A stretch of 24,711 nt of DNA from Octopus sinensis (Eukaryota): positions 1-24,711 of the forward strand of contig NW_021836437.1 of NCBI RefSeq assembly GCF_006345805.1, read 5' to 3'. Shown one piece after another: positions 10,606 through 22,208 of the stretch (within the stretch, counting starts at the first letter, position 1; each line of letters opens with the position of its first letter). Position numbers and translations under genes: made by a program. The notes under the pieces were generated by a model that was not told the origin of the DNA, ran no database searches, and worked only from the letters and a program-made list of their open reading frames with translations.

Positions 10606-10866
10606 GGCGGCGAGTTGGCACAATCCTTAGCACGCCGGGCGAAATGCTAAGCGGTATTTCGTCTGCCGTTACGTTGTGAGTTGTAATTCCGCCGAAGTCG
10701 TCTTTGCCTCTCATCATTTCGGGGTCGATAAAATAAATACCAGTTACGCACTGGGGTCGAAAGTCAATGTCGACTTCGGCGGAATTTGAACTCAGAACGT
10801 AGCGGCAGACGAAAGACCGCTTAGCATTTCGCACCGGCCTGCTAACGTTTCTGCCAGCTGGCCGGC
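10606..10866. mobile_element. Two SINE-A copies, tail-to-tail (10606-10760 +, 10768-10866 -)
   Basis: Both heads are recognisable; each copy is 3'-truncated at the junction. Confidence 0.88.
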
Positions 10867-10871
10867 TTAAA

Positions 10872-12263
10872 TTACTTGCAAGTTTCTAATAAACCCCAAT
10901 GTATGTTCAAATACGTCTTTTCCTCAAAACCTGGGACTTCCGTTTTGATCTGAATGTATAATGAGGATGATAAGAGGGGTGGTGGAGATAAATACGGGAT
11001 GATGTGGCTTTTCAAAATATTTCTGGGACTATTCGGCCTTCCGAAAACTTACCTTTTGTGTCCAAAGATTCGATGCTAGTTTTTGAAAAGCACGATGTGT
11101 ATTTTATTTTGGACTCAAAGCCATAGTCTTCCGCAAAGCAGTCACAGAAATGTAAAAATTTGACTAAACTATCCTGTGTTCCTTCCTAGACAAGGAAAGA
11201 CGACGTCAATGAACCGTAACCAGAGTGTAGGTTTGTGATCAAGTAGGGATTTGAATATCTCCATTGATTGCATTTCAAATTTGTCATGAAGATATTTGCG
11301 AAATTAACCGCCAGAGGGTTACTCATGGCGCAGACCTTCATCTGATGGAACAACTTTTTTTGCCAAACTTCATTGCGTTACTTTGTAACACAAATTTTAA
11401 TATTTTGCAGAGAATATTTGAGGGAATTCTTTTCTTTGGGCATTTTTGAAAGGCTTTCAGGCATACTTCCACCCCATCGTCGTGATCGATGTTGGGTTAT
11501 AAGGAAGAAGAAACGTCCACGGCTACCAAAAACCACTACTTCGGTGTTTAGAAAATTCGTTCAATTTGGAAACAAAATGAAAAATATCCCGGATGTAGGG
11601 ACTTGATCTTTTAGCGACTGGGAGTAGAAAGCCATCCAACCATTCTGAAATTTTTGCAGTGCAACATTCATACCCACTGCAAATTGGGCGCAATGGAGGA
11701 CATTTTTCGAAATTTTTATGTATTTTTGGAAGACCGTAAAACACAGGCGTTCTTCTTTCTCAACATAATAGCTTAGATTCCGTGTCATTTATGAAGTTCT
11801 TTTCCTCCATTTCCAAAATTATTTTATCAATTTCCTCTCTGCAATTGGGGTTGGGTTCTACAAGTATTTCTTCATAAGAAGTTTTGTCATTTAAAACTTC
11901 TTCAAAAGCTGAAAGGTACTCGTCCTTGTCCATAATCACAGTAGCACCTCCTTTATCTGCCATTTTAATAGGAATAGAATCGTTGTTTGCTAGGCGATGG
12001 GGTGCGCTACACTGGGAACCCGTAAGGTTATTCTAGCTCTTTTTCTTACAGGTTTTAAGGCTTTCCCTAATTCCTGACTGATAAGATTAGAGAAATTCCA
12101 ACAGTGGCGCAGGAGTGGCTGTGTGGTAAGTAGCTTGTCTACCAACCACATGGTTCCTGGTTCAGTCCCACTGCGTGGCACCTTGGGCAAGTGTCCTACT
12201 ATAGCCTCGGGCCGACCAAAGCTTTGTGAGTGGATTTGGTAGACGGAAACTGAAAGAAGCCCG

Positions 12264-12313
<50 letters not shown>

Positions 12314-12880
12314 TGTGTGTGTTTGTGTCTGTGTTTGTCCCCTAGCATTGCTTGACAACCGATGCTGGTGTGTTTATATCCCCGTTACTTAGCGGTTCGG
12401 CAAAGGAGACCGATAGAATAAGTACTGGGCTTACAAAAGAATAAGTCCCGGGGTCGAGTTGCTCGATTAAAGGCGGTGCTCCAGCATGGCCGCAGTCAAA
12501 TGACTGAAACAAGTAAAAGAGTAAAAGAGTAAAGAGTGCTTGTGACCGTCCCTCCCGAATTTTATCCGGGTACCAATTTGGATTCTTTAAAATCCAATTA
12601 TGCCAAATCCGATTATCATCATTTCTTTCAACAGACATGGGGTTTTCTGACACCCGTTACCAATTCTTTCAAAAAATATACTAGAAGCTTATGACGGCTG
12701 ACAAACTGATATACTCCTTGTGTTAATTTATTTTTGTCAAAGTTCTTAGTACTTGGGCAGAAACTCAATCCAAGTTCTAAGACAGAAGTATTGATAAATT
12801 CATTACCATCTTATTTTCTAATATGGTTGATGTTCTTGGTCTAGCGTTTTCCCCACCAGTACTTGCATCAGATTTCTTAC
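10872..12880 (-). mobile_element. Decayed Penelope-like element RT ORF, interrupted by SINE-B
   Basis: Motifs in expected order: SVLELGLSFCPST; IKMADKGGATVIMDKDEY; FYGLPKIHK..PPLRPICSG; AMSNPLAVNFANIFM; WLRFIDVVF (FIDD site mutated, ~11197-11222); HHPSYHPH. Many frameshifts. Confidence 0.88.
12106..12537 (+). mobile_element. Full-length SINE-B with internal (TA)n
   Basis: Head GGCGCAGGAGTGGCTGTGTGGTAAGTAGC...GGTTCAGTCCC (A and B boxes); tail ...GCAGTCAAATGACTGAAACAAG(TAAAAGAG)n. Confidence 0.93.
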
Positions 12881-13338
12881 TCTGTTTTTTTTTGGGGGGG
12901 GGGGGGGCTTTGATGGAAATACTCACATAAAACATGGAATCTATTAGGTGTCAAAAAATGCTGTTGATAATTCTGTGAGGGGTTCATAACATCTACTCGT
13001 TTTTGCCGGAGTAACCCATTCCTGGGTGGGTGATAAAAAAGTGTGTGATTTCATTGGTTTTTGTTGGAATTTAAAACACTTACAGTTTTGGAAAAGGAAT
13101 AAAAATAAAAATGAAAACAGAAAAGCCGTTAGAAAACCGATTCTAGCAGCGACTCCATCTAAGAATGTCCGAAGAAGGAATTTTATTCCGAAATATCATA
13201 TCAGACTATGGATAACTAAATTGCAACAGGTATATAGCCTGTTGTCTGTATTAGAGTGCATTGTTGTACCATTCAAAACATTTTTTATTCTTTACAAACA
13301 ATACACAATGCTTCAAGCGAACTACAATACTCTCCTAA

Positions 13339-13570
13339 GGGCGGCGAGCTGGCAGAATCGTTAGCACGCCGGGCAAAATGCGTAGCCGTATTTCGTCTGC
13401 CGTTACATTCTGAGTTCAAATTCCGCCGAGGTTGACTTTGCCTTTTATCCTTTCGGGGTCGATAAATTAAGTACCAGTTACGCACTGGGGGTCGATGTAA
13501 TCGACTTAATCCGTTTGTCTGTCCTTGTTTGTCCCGTCTATGTTTAGCCCCTTGTGGGTAGTAAAGAAAT
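13339..13570 (+). mobile_element. Full-length SINE-A flanked by 164/163-bp direct repeats
   Basis: Direct repeats at 13175-13338 and 13571-13733. Confidence 0.93.
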
Positions 13571-13739
13571 AAGGAATTTTATTCCGAAATATCATATCAG
13601 ACTATGGTTAATTAAATTGCAACAGGTATGTAGCCTGTTGTCTGTATTATAGTGCATTGTTGTACCATTCAAAACTTTTTTATTCTTTACAAACAATACA
13701 CAATGCTTCAAGCGAACTACAATACTCTCCTAACAAATT

Positions 13740-13990
13740 TATTGTTCTCAAGACAAAATTGAAAATGGCTTCACATTTTTGATTAATCAAATAGACACTT
13801 TACTGAAGATTTTCCAGTCACCAGTTCAAATGTATATGCAAGCGCAAAAAGACCACAGTCGTATGGGCCAGCCTGGGGATTAATTATTTCAACTTGTTTA
13901 AATTGTAGGTGTTATATTGTTTTGTGGCGAAGAGTAGAGACTAGTTATCTGTGTGGTTAGTTCTTCTAAGACGTCTCCAAAATAATTTGT
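13740..13990 (-). pseudogene. Decayed Ulp1/SENP-like (C48) cysteine protease domain, probably transposon cargo
   Basis: Manual translation FKQVEIINPQAGPYDCGLFALAYTFELVTGK...M*SHFQFCLENNKF fits the Q-x-G-x-x-DCGLFAIA...MRxHLxxCL signature; catalytic Cys codon at 13855-13857; in-frame stops. Confidence 0.65.
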
Positions 13991-14104
13991 TTAACATATT
14001 GTTTGTTTTTGTGTAATCTAGGAACAATGTGCGGTGTGGACAATAAGTAAATAAAAAAATACGCATGTGAAAAAATAGTTAGTTTTCACAGGAATACTCT
14101 CTCT

Positions 14105-14514
14105 CTCTCTTTTACTCTTTTACTTGTTTCAGTCATTTGACTGCGGCCATGCTGGAGCACCGCCTTTAATCGAGCAAATCGACCCCGGGATTTATTCTTT
14201 TGTAAGCCCAGTACTTATTCTATCGGTCTCTTTTTGCCGAACCGCTAAGTAACGGGGACATAAACACACCAGCATCGGTGGACAAGCAATGCTAGGGGGA
14301 CAAACACAGACACACAAACACACACATACTCATATATATATATATACATATATAAGACAGGCTTCTTTCAGTTTCCGTCTACCAAATCCACTCACAAGGC
14401 TTTGGTCGGTCCGAGGCTATAGTAGAAGACACTTGCCCAAGGTGCCACCCAGTGGGACTGAACCCGGAAACATGTGGTTGGTTAGCAAGCTACTTACCAC
14501 ACAGCCACTCCTGC
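14105..14514 (-). mobile_element. Near-full-length SINE-B
   Basis: Reverse complement of 12106-12537. Confidence 0.92.
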
Positions 14515-14711
14515 AGAAGGAATAGCAGAAAAAATTTTCTGTCTTTTTTTCAATCTTGCGTCAACAAGACGCTCTCATATTTCTCCCGAAAGCAAAAAAC
14601 GACCTCTCAAATTAAACCATTTTAACCAAATTGTTCCCTATCTTATAGGGTCATCGGAGTAGGAAACCTTCAAATTTTTCAGTTTCTTTTGTTTTTGTTT
14701 TTTATCCTCAG

Positions 14712-14867
14712 GTATTCTCATCTTATGGTCTGTCAGGAGCGGATGGCGGTGTATCAGTGCTACTATGGAAATCCTTAGATCTTCATGTTTCGGATATCTT
14801 CCTGGATCCGGATGGAAGGGTGGTCACCCTAGACATGAAAAACCAAAACCTTTCTTGTTGTCGTAGG
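14712..14867 (+). mobile_element. APE-endonuclease fragment of an L1/Tx1-type LINE
   Basis: Manual translation VFSSYGLSGADGGVSVLLWKSLDLHVSDIFLDPDGRVVTLDM fits the GGV..L and D..GR motifs. Confidence 0.6.
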
Positions 14868-15066
14868 TGACCCGGGAATGATAAAAAAAAAAGTACTGAC
14901 AAATTTTTCATCAGATTCCCAGGAAACCAACAATCTATGAGACTCAACAAATTGTGTTGACATCAACCACCCGCATTCTCAATATGTTTTTCTTCATTTA
15001 ATATATACATGTCTTAGGTCTCTCGTTCATATTCGTTGGAAGAAGAAATAAAATGCAAATCAATCG

Positions 15067-15799
<733 letters not shown>

Positions 15800-16356
15800 G
15801 ATGCCCTGATGCAGTACGAGGCAGTGGCTCTCGTGGCTTCTGATCTTAACTGATTGGAAGTGTTATCATGTACGTTGTTTTGTCTTGGTATAAAAGATGG
15901 GCTACATCAAATATTCTGCTCAATACCACAGATTTGCTTGTCAGTTGTTTGACCTTAACCAGTTGAGCATGTCCCTTAGTGGCTGACGATATGTGCATCT
16001 CTGATCACGAGCAGAAGTAGTGGGAGAGCATCATAGCCGTGTGTTGAGAGGGATTGTTTGGGGTTTGAATAATTCAGCTCTGGAAACATGGGTGTTTCGT
16101 TCAACATCCTTAAACAACCCTTATTCAGGGACCTTTCGAGTGGGATGGGTTACTCGACCTGAAAAAAATTCTAACTGGGCCCCACCTGCAAGGTCATGTG
16201 CTGTTCATCTTGATATAAGATCACCATGTCGAGCACATATGGTTGTGATGCACGTGCCTAGTGCACCGTTATCAGACGGGTAGTCATGATGGGTATATTG
16301 GGCTTCGTATATTTTACCCCAGTGTCATTTTGATGGCATGCACTGCACTCTCACTC
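15800..16356 (+). mobile_element. ~550-bp non-coding interspersed element inserted in (TAA)n, copy 2
   Basis: Homologous to 5082-5626; (AAT)n on both sides. Confidence 0.85.
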
Positions 16357-16363
16357 AATAATA

Positions 16364-16429
<66 letters not shown>

Positions 16430-17662
16430 GAGAAAACATATACGTTTATGGAAGAGAATAACCTCTTTCCCACGAAACAAAAAGGATGCAGACGAGGCTC
16501 ATACGGATGCAAAGATCAGCTCCTAATTAATCGCATGATCCTTGAGAACTGCCATAACAAGCGCAGAAATCTCAGCACTTCATGGATTGATTATAAAAAG
16601 CCTTTGACAGCATACCACATTCGTGGATTCTGAAATCGTTGGACATTTTCAAAATTTCTCCTGTGATTTCAGATTTTTTAAAGTATAATATGTCACTATG
16701 GAACACGAAGCTCCAATTATATCATTCTAAGGGAGTATTGCACTCAAATAACATTAGCAAAAAATGTGGAATTTTCCAAGGTGACTCACTTTCACCACTA
16801 ATTTTCTGCATAGCAGAATAGCTTGAAGAATTATTACATACTATGAAAGGATTCAGTGATGATATCGGGATGGAGATTGGCCTTGAAAAGTGTGCCAAAG
16901 CCACTTTTAAGAAAGGGAAATTGGTAAAGTCTAGTTCAATCGAATTAGATGTCGAAATCGTAATAAAGGAACTTGAGCAGGAACAAACCTATAAATACCT
17001 AGGAATAAATGAAGGCTCTGGTATCCAGCATGCAAGCATGGAAGAGAAGGTTTAGAAAGAATATTTATAGAAAAGTTTGAGCAGTCCTGAAATCTGAGAT
17101 GAATGCATATAATAAGGTTTTAGCCATAAATTCCTTAGCAGTAACAGTTGTTCTTTATAGCTTCAATGTGCTTAACTGGAATACTTGTGAAATAATGAAA
17201 ATTGACCGAAAAATCCACAAGCTACTGACTTGTAATAAGATGCACCATCCAAAGACAGACGTGAATCGCCTTTACCTTCCCAGAGCTCAAGGAGGCCGAG
17301 GTTTGATCCAGCTTGAACTTACATACAAAACCACCCACAATCGGACTGGCCAAATACCTTGAGACAACAAACGATTGGATGCTAAAACTTGTTGAAAAAC
17401 ATGAAAGACCTAAAAAACTTCACTCTATTCTCAAAGAGAGCAAAATATTCGCTGCTGATCTCTTAGATACCCACCAGATTGAGCAGACTGAAGGAAATAC
17501 GCCAACTGCAGGTGCAAAGAAACTAAAATTAATTGCAAATTTAGCTAGCAATGGGAACAGAAACCTCTCGATGGCAAGTATGTGGCCCGTAGCAAAAAAC
17601 CTGATGTCGACCAGAAACACACGCACCAGTGGTTACGAAGCTCAGGGCTAAAAGCAGAGAGT
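16430..17662 (+). mobile_element. Dong/R4-type LINE RT fragment, truncated at both ends, frameshifted, internally deleted
   Basis: QKGCRRGSYGCKDQLLIN, WIDYKK, CGIFQGDSLSPLIFCIA, GLEKCAK, YKYLGI, RLYLPRAQGGRGL; begins right after (AAT)n. Confidence 0.9.
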
Positions 17663-17885
17663 AAATTTTTTTAATACTCTTTGATAGTTATATATATTAT
17701 TAAAAAAAAATTAAAATATTAAATTAAAAGTAAAATTAAATTAAAATTAAAATATTAATAAATATAAAAATAATAATAATAATATATATATATAAATTTA
17801 TAGGTATAAATTAATAATTAAAAAATATAAAAAATTTTTTTTTTCATTTTAACTTTAATTAATTTAAATTTGAATTTTATAAATT

Positions 17886-18270
17886 ACTAGCAGTATCGCC
17901 CGGCGTTGCTCAGGTTTGTAAGGGAAATAACTATAAAGCATTTTTAGAGAGTTATAGCAAAAAAATAGCAAAAAAATGGAAAAAAAATGATGGTAAATTT
18001 TTTTTGAAAGTTTAAAAAAGGTGGAGTGCGTCCCCTGACGGTCTGGTGGTTGGGTTTCTAATTCTCGACCCCATGTCGAATTTATCGATTTTTTTCAGAA
18101 CTGGGGGAACTTTTCAAAATTTTCGCTGCGTTAGTTTTGAATTATGACAGGGCTATGTGTGTGTCAAGTTTCATCAGAATCGGTTGAAAGCCGTGGTCAG
18201 GGTGAGGGTACGAGAAAACAGACACACAGAAAACACGCACAGACAAACTGCCGTTTATATAGAGAGAGAT
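17886..18270 (+). mobile_element. Lep1/HINE-like non-autonomous helitron-derived element
   Basis: 5' ACTAGCAGTATCGCCCGGCGTTGCTC, internal AAGTTTCATCAGAATCGG, 3' ACAGACAAACTGCCGTTTATATAGAGAGAGAT: terminal architecture resembling Lep1/DINE-type elements. Confidence 0.55.
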
Positions 18271-18358
18271 ATATTTTGTACATTATATTAATTAATTTTA
18301 TTTTTTTGGTTTTATGTCTTTCACTGTTTGATTTGCCTAATAGGGTTTTATCTCTAAT

Positions 18359-18659
<301 letters not shown>

Positions 18660-18778
18660 TGCACAGCCAAATTGATGAGTATTTAATGACCATAATTTCA
18701 AACTAATTAACGACAGAAAATATTTATGAAGATTAATGTATGACCAAGTTAATGGCGGCAAAATGGCGACCTACTACT

Positions 18779-19637
18779 AAACAACTGTAGCTACTAATAC
18801 TATCTCCTATACTGTACATTAGATATGTAGTCCAAGATAAACTAGGCCTGATAAAAGACTCGATGGTCACAACTGAAAGATCTTTGATCATCGGTCTGTC
18901 TGGATCAGGACTGACCTGGGCTAAGCAACAACTATTGCTACTAACTCCTGTACTATACATTAGATAATGTAGTCCTAGATACACTAGGCCTGAATAATAG
19001 ATGGGATGGTCACAGAAGGAACATATTTGGTCATAGGCCTGTCTGGATCAGCACTGACCTAGGGTTAAGCAACAACTATAGCTACTGACTCCTTTACTAT
19101 ACATAAGATAAGGTAGTCCTAGATACACTACTGCCTGAATTATAGATGCGATGTCACAGCTTGAAGATCTTTGGTCATAGTCCTGTCTGGATTAGGACTG
19201 ACCTAGGGCTAAGCAACAAATATAGCTACTAATCCTGTACTATACATTAGATAATGTAGTCTTAGAAACACTCGGCCTGAATTATAGAGGGAGGTCACAG
19301 AAGGAACATCTTTGAACATACGCCTGTCTGGATCAGGACTGACCTAGGGCTAAGCAACAACTATAGCTACTGACTCCTGTACTATACGTCAGATAATGTG
19401 GTTCTAGATACACGAGTCCTGAATTATAGACGGGATGGTTACAGCTGGAACATCTTTGATCATACGCCTGTCTGGATTAGGACTGACCTAGGGCTAAGCA
19501 ACAACTAATGCTACTAACTCTTATACTATACATTAGATAATAAAGTCTTAGATACACTAGGCCTGAATTATTGATGGGATGGTCACAGCTGGAACGTCTT
19601 TGGTCATAGGCCTATCTGGATCAGCACTGACCTAGGG
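18779..19637. repeat. ~143-bp tandem satellite, ~6 copies
   Basis: GGTCAC-type marker recurs at about 18866, 19009, 19151, 19292, 19437 and 19581; unit includes GGATCAGGACTGACCTAGGGCTAAGCAACAACTATAGCTACT. Confidence 0.93.
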
Positions 19638-19696
19638 GGACACACAAACATATACACCACACATATATATTATATATATATATATATATATAATAG

Positions 19697-19728
<32 letters not shown>

Positions 19729-19871
19729 TACGATAGGTTTCTTTCAATTTCCGTCTACCAAATCCACTCACAAGGCATTGGTCGGGCCGGAGCTATAGCA
19801 GAAGACACTTGCCCAAGATGCCACGCAGTGGGACTAAATCCGGAACCATGTGGTTGGTTAGCAAGCTACTT
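19632..19871 (-). mobile_element. SINE-B, 5' half only
   Basis: Reverse complement of the SINE-B head, core and (TA)n; 3' half missing. Confidence 0.85.
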
Positions 19872-20184
19872 TATTTCAAAACATTTGCCATAAAGGCAGT
19901 ACACAGATTAAGTTAGCTTTGCGGGCTGGACGAGGACATTAATGAGGTGAATGATAATGAAAGAAAGATGATAAGGATGGAAGAAGACAAAAAGCGCCCG
20001 CCGACTTTCGCTTCTCTAAAACATTGTTCTTTTTAAAGATAAACACAAAACGAGGTATTAAACCTCTTACAATTTTTCCAATTTTTGGACTTAGCAGTCC
20101 ATTATTAATACAAACGAGTATTAATCCTCTTACAATTTCTTCAATTATGGACTTAAGTCCATACTAATAATACATATCGTCCTC

Positions 20185-20834
20185 GAAATAGCTTGTGCCC
20201 GCGCCTCCACCATCAACCACGCCTCCCTCAGAACGTAATCAAGTGTCCGAGTTCGCGTCGTCCGGGACCAAGTTATAATCTTCATTGAGCTCCTTTAGCC
20301 CAAGCGTCACGTCGAACGCCACGGCCTCCACAGCTACCTGCGGAGGCCATTCGGGGTCCTGTGTGAAGACTAAAGTTGCTCCCTGGTAGTGCTCTTCCAT
20401 CACTTTTTCAATTTCTCCTCCTCTCTAGAAGAGGACCAATACGTTCAGTTCTTTCGTTGGCGGCACAGTTCCCGCCAACGGTATTCCTTTTCTGTCGTGG
20501 CACAACCCCAACCGACGTAGTTCCGAGACATTCCGTGGCTACACTGACAGCCGGTAATGTCCCGTTTTTCTTCCTCTTTTTCTTTTTTTCCCTTTTCAAC
20601 TGAGTGAGGGTGCGTCTCCTCCGTGGCTGGGAGATTCGCCATCCTCTCCTCATCCCTATTATCCTTTGGTGAGCACCCATTGTTGCTCACCTTCCTCTTT
20701 CGGCCTCTGTTTGAGGAGTCCTCTGCTTTCTCGGCCGTTATCGTTCCCTCTTCTAGAGTGGTTTTACTTAACTGTTCCGGGATCCTATTTTGTTCCCGAG
20801 GACAGTTCTTCTTTATGTGGCCGGACTCCAAGCA
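20185..20834 (-). mobile_element. Decayed gag-like ORF1 with zinc-knuckle half (non-LTR retrotransposon)
   Basis: CLESGHIKKNCP (Cx4Hx4C) followed by a charged low-complexity region; GC-richer than the flanks; frameshifted. Confidence 0.55.
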
Positions 20835-20968
20835 CCGAGGTCGACTTTGCCTTTCATCCTTTCGGGGTCGATAAATAAAAGTACCAGTTTCGCACTGGGG
20901 TCGATGTAATCGACTTAATCCGTTTGTCTGTCCTCTCTATGTTTAGCCCCTTGTGGGGTAGTAAAGAA

Positions 20969-20971
<3 letters not shown>
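20835..20971 (+). mobile_element. 5'-truncated SINE-A
   Basis: CCGAGGTCGACTTTGCCTTTCATCC...GTAGTAAAGAAATA. Confidence 0.88.
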
Positions 20972-21047
<76 letters not shown>

Positions 21048-21056
21048 ATATATATC

Positions 21057-21448
21057 TTTCTCTTTTGCGTTTTACCTGTTTCAGTTATTTTCACTGCGGC
21101 TATGCTGGAGCGCCGCCTTTAATCGAGCAACTCGACCCCGGAACTTATTCTTTGTAAGCCCAGTAGTTATTCTATCTGTTTATTTTGCCGAACCGCTAAG
21201 TGACGCGGACATAAACACACCAGCATCGGTTGTCAAGCAATGCGAGTGACACACACACAGACACACAAACATACAATCACATACATATATACATATATAC
21301 GACGGGCTTCTTACAGTTTCCCTCTGCGGAATCCACTCACAAGGCATTGGTCGGCCCGAGGCTATAGTAAAAGACACTTGACCAAGGTGCCACGCAGTGG
21401 GACTGAGCCCGGAACCATGTGGTTGGTAAACAAGCTACTTACCGCACG
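21057..21448 (-). mobile_element. SINE-B copy
   Basis: Reverse complement of 12106-12537, more diverged. Confidence 0.88.
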
Positions 21449-22047
21449 ACCACTCTTGTGTGTGTTCGCGCGCGCAAGTGTGTGTGTTTGAAATTAAATC
21501 CGAGCAAACACCGAAATTTTACTCAATAACACAGAGAAACAATCAATGTTTTGTTTAGAGTCTCCTTTAATTAATTAGATTAATTTAGTAAATTAATAAA
21601 AATACAAGAGGAAACGAAATTATGTTAGTATAATAATATGTAAGAGACACATTTGGATGATGAGTTCGTCTTTTCCGTGAAGATGACCTAGTGTGGAAGT
21701 TACGTAATAAACGGTGAGTCCAGTTCTAAGGAGATCAATCAGAGGGACGATGTCATGCCAGGAATTTGATCGACAGAGATGTTCTGCTGTGAATATTTTT
21801 AAATTCGTTAGAATTAGCCGACAGCTGAAATTAAGATGGAAATAAAAAACATATAAGTAAAAATAAAAATATGTAACTCTATACAATAGCGTAACAAGCG
21901 AACGACATTCTAATGGACTACCCCTCACAAAGGGGTTTATTATATAAAGTTAATCCAAACAAAAAAACAAAATCAAAAAACAACAACGCAAGGACGGGGA
22001 ACAAATAAAGTATTATTGGACGCTCAGGAAAGAAGGGAAGAAGGGGG

Positions 22048-22082
22048 GTTTGACGTTTCGAGCTGAGCTCTTCGTCGGAAAC
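22048..22082 (-). ncRNA. Minimal type I hammerhead ribozyme motif (copy 1)
   Basis: Minus strand GUUU-CCGACGA-A-GAGC(UCA)GCUC-GAA-ACGU-C-AAAC: stem I GUUU/AAAC, 4-bp stem II, palindromic stem III, GUC cleavage triplet. Confidence 0.72.
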
Positions 22083-22160
22083 ATAGGAGAAGGAAAGATC
22101 CCGAGAAGGGAAGACGGAGGAAAACAAATCGCCAACGGTACACACGCGTCCCATATTGAA

Positions 22161-22208
<48 letters not shown>

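Noticed and set aside
15800-15870. HDV-like ribozyme at the 5' end of the TAA-targeting element
   Set aside because: A partial P1-like pairing (AGATGCC/GGCTTCT) exists, but I could not build P3/L3, P1.1 and P4 consistently in both copies.
16020-16283. 87-aa ORF conserved in both copies of the ~550-bp element (also 5155-5418)
   Set aside because: Non-ATG start and 16 amino-acid differences in 87 between the copies, many radical; no sign of purifying selection.
21620-21860. Possible plus-strand exon (donor CG|GTGAGT near 21714) or RT-like LDDEF motif
   Set aside because: No good acceptor, stops in all frames nearby, and no recognisable domain.
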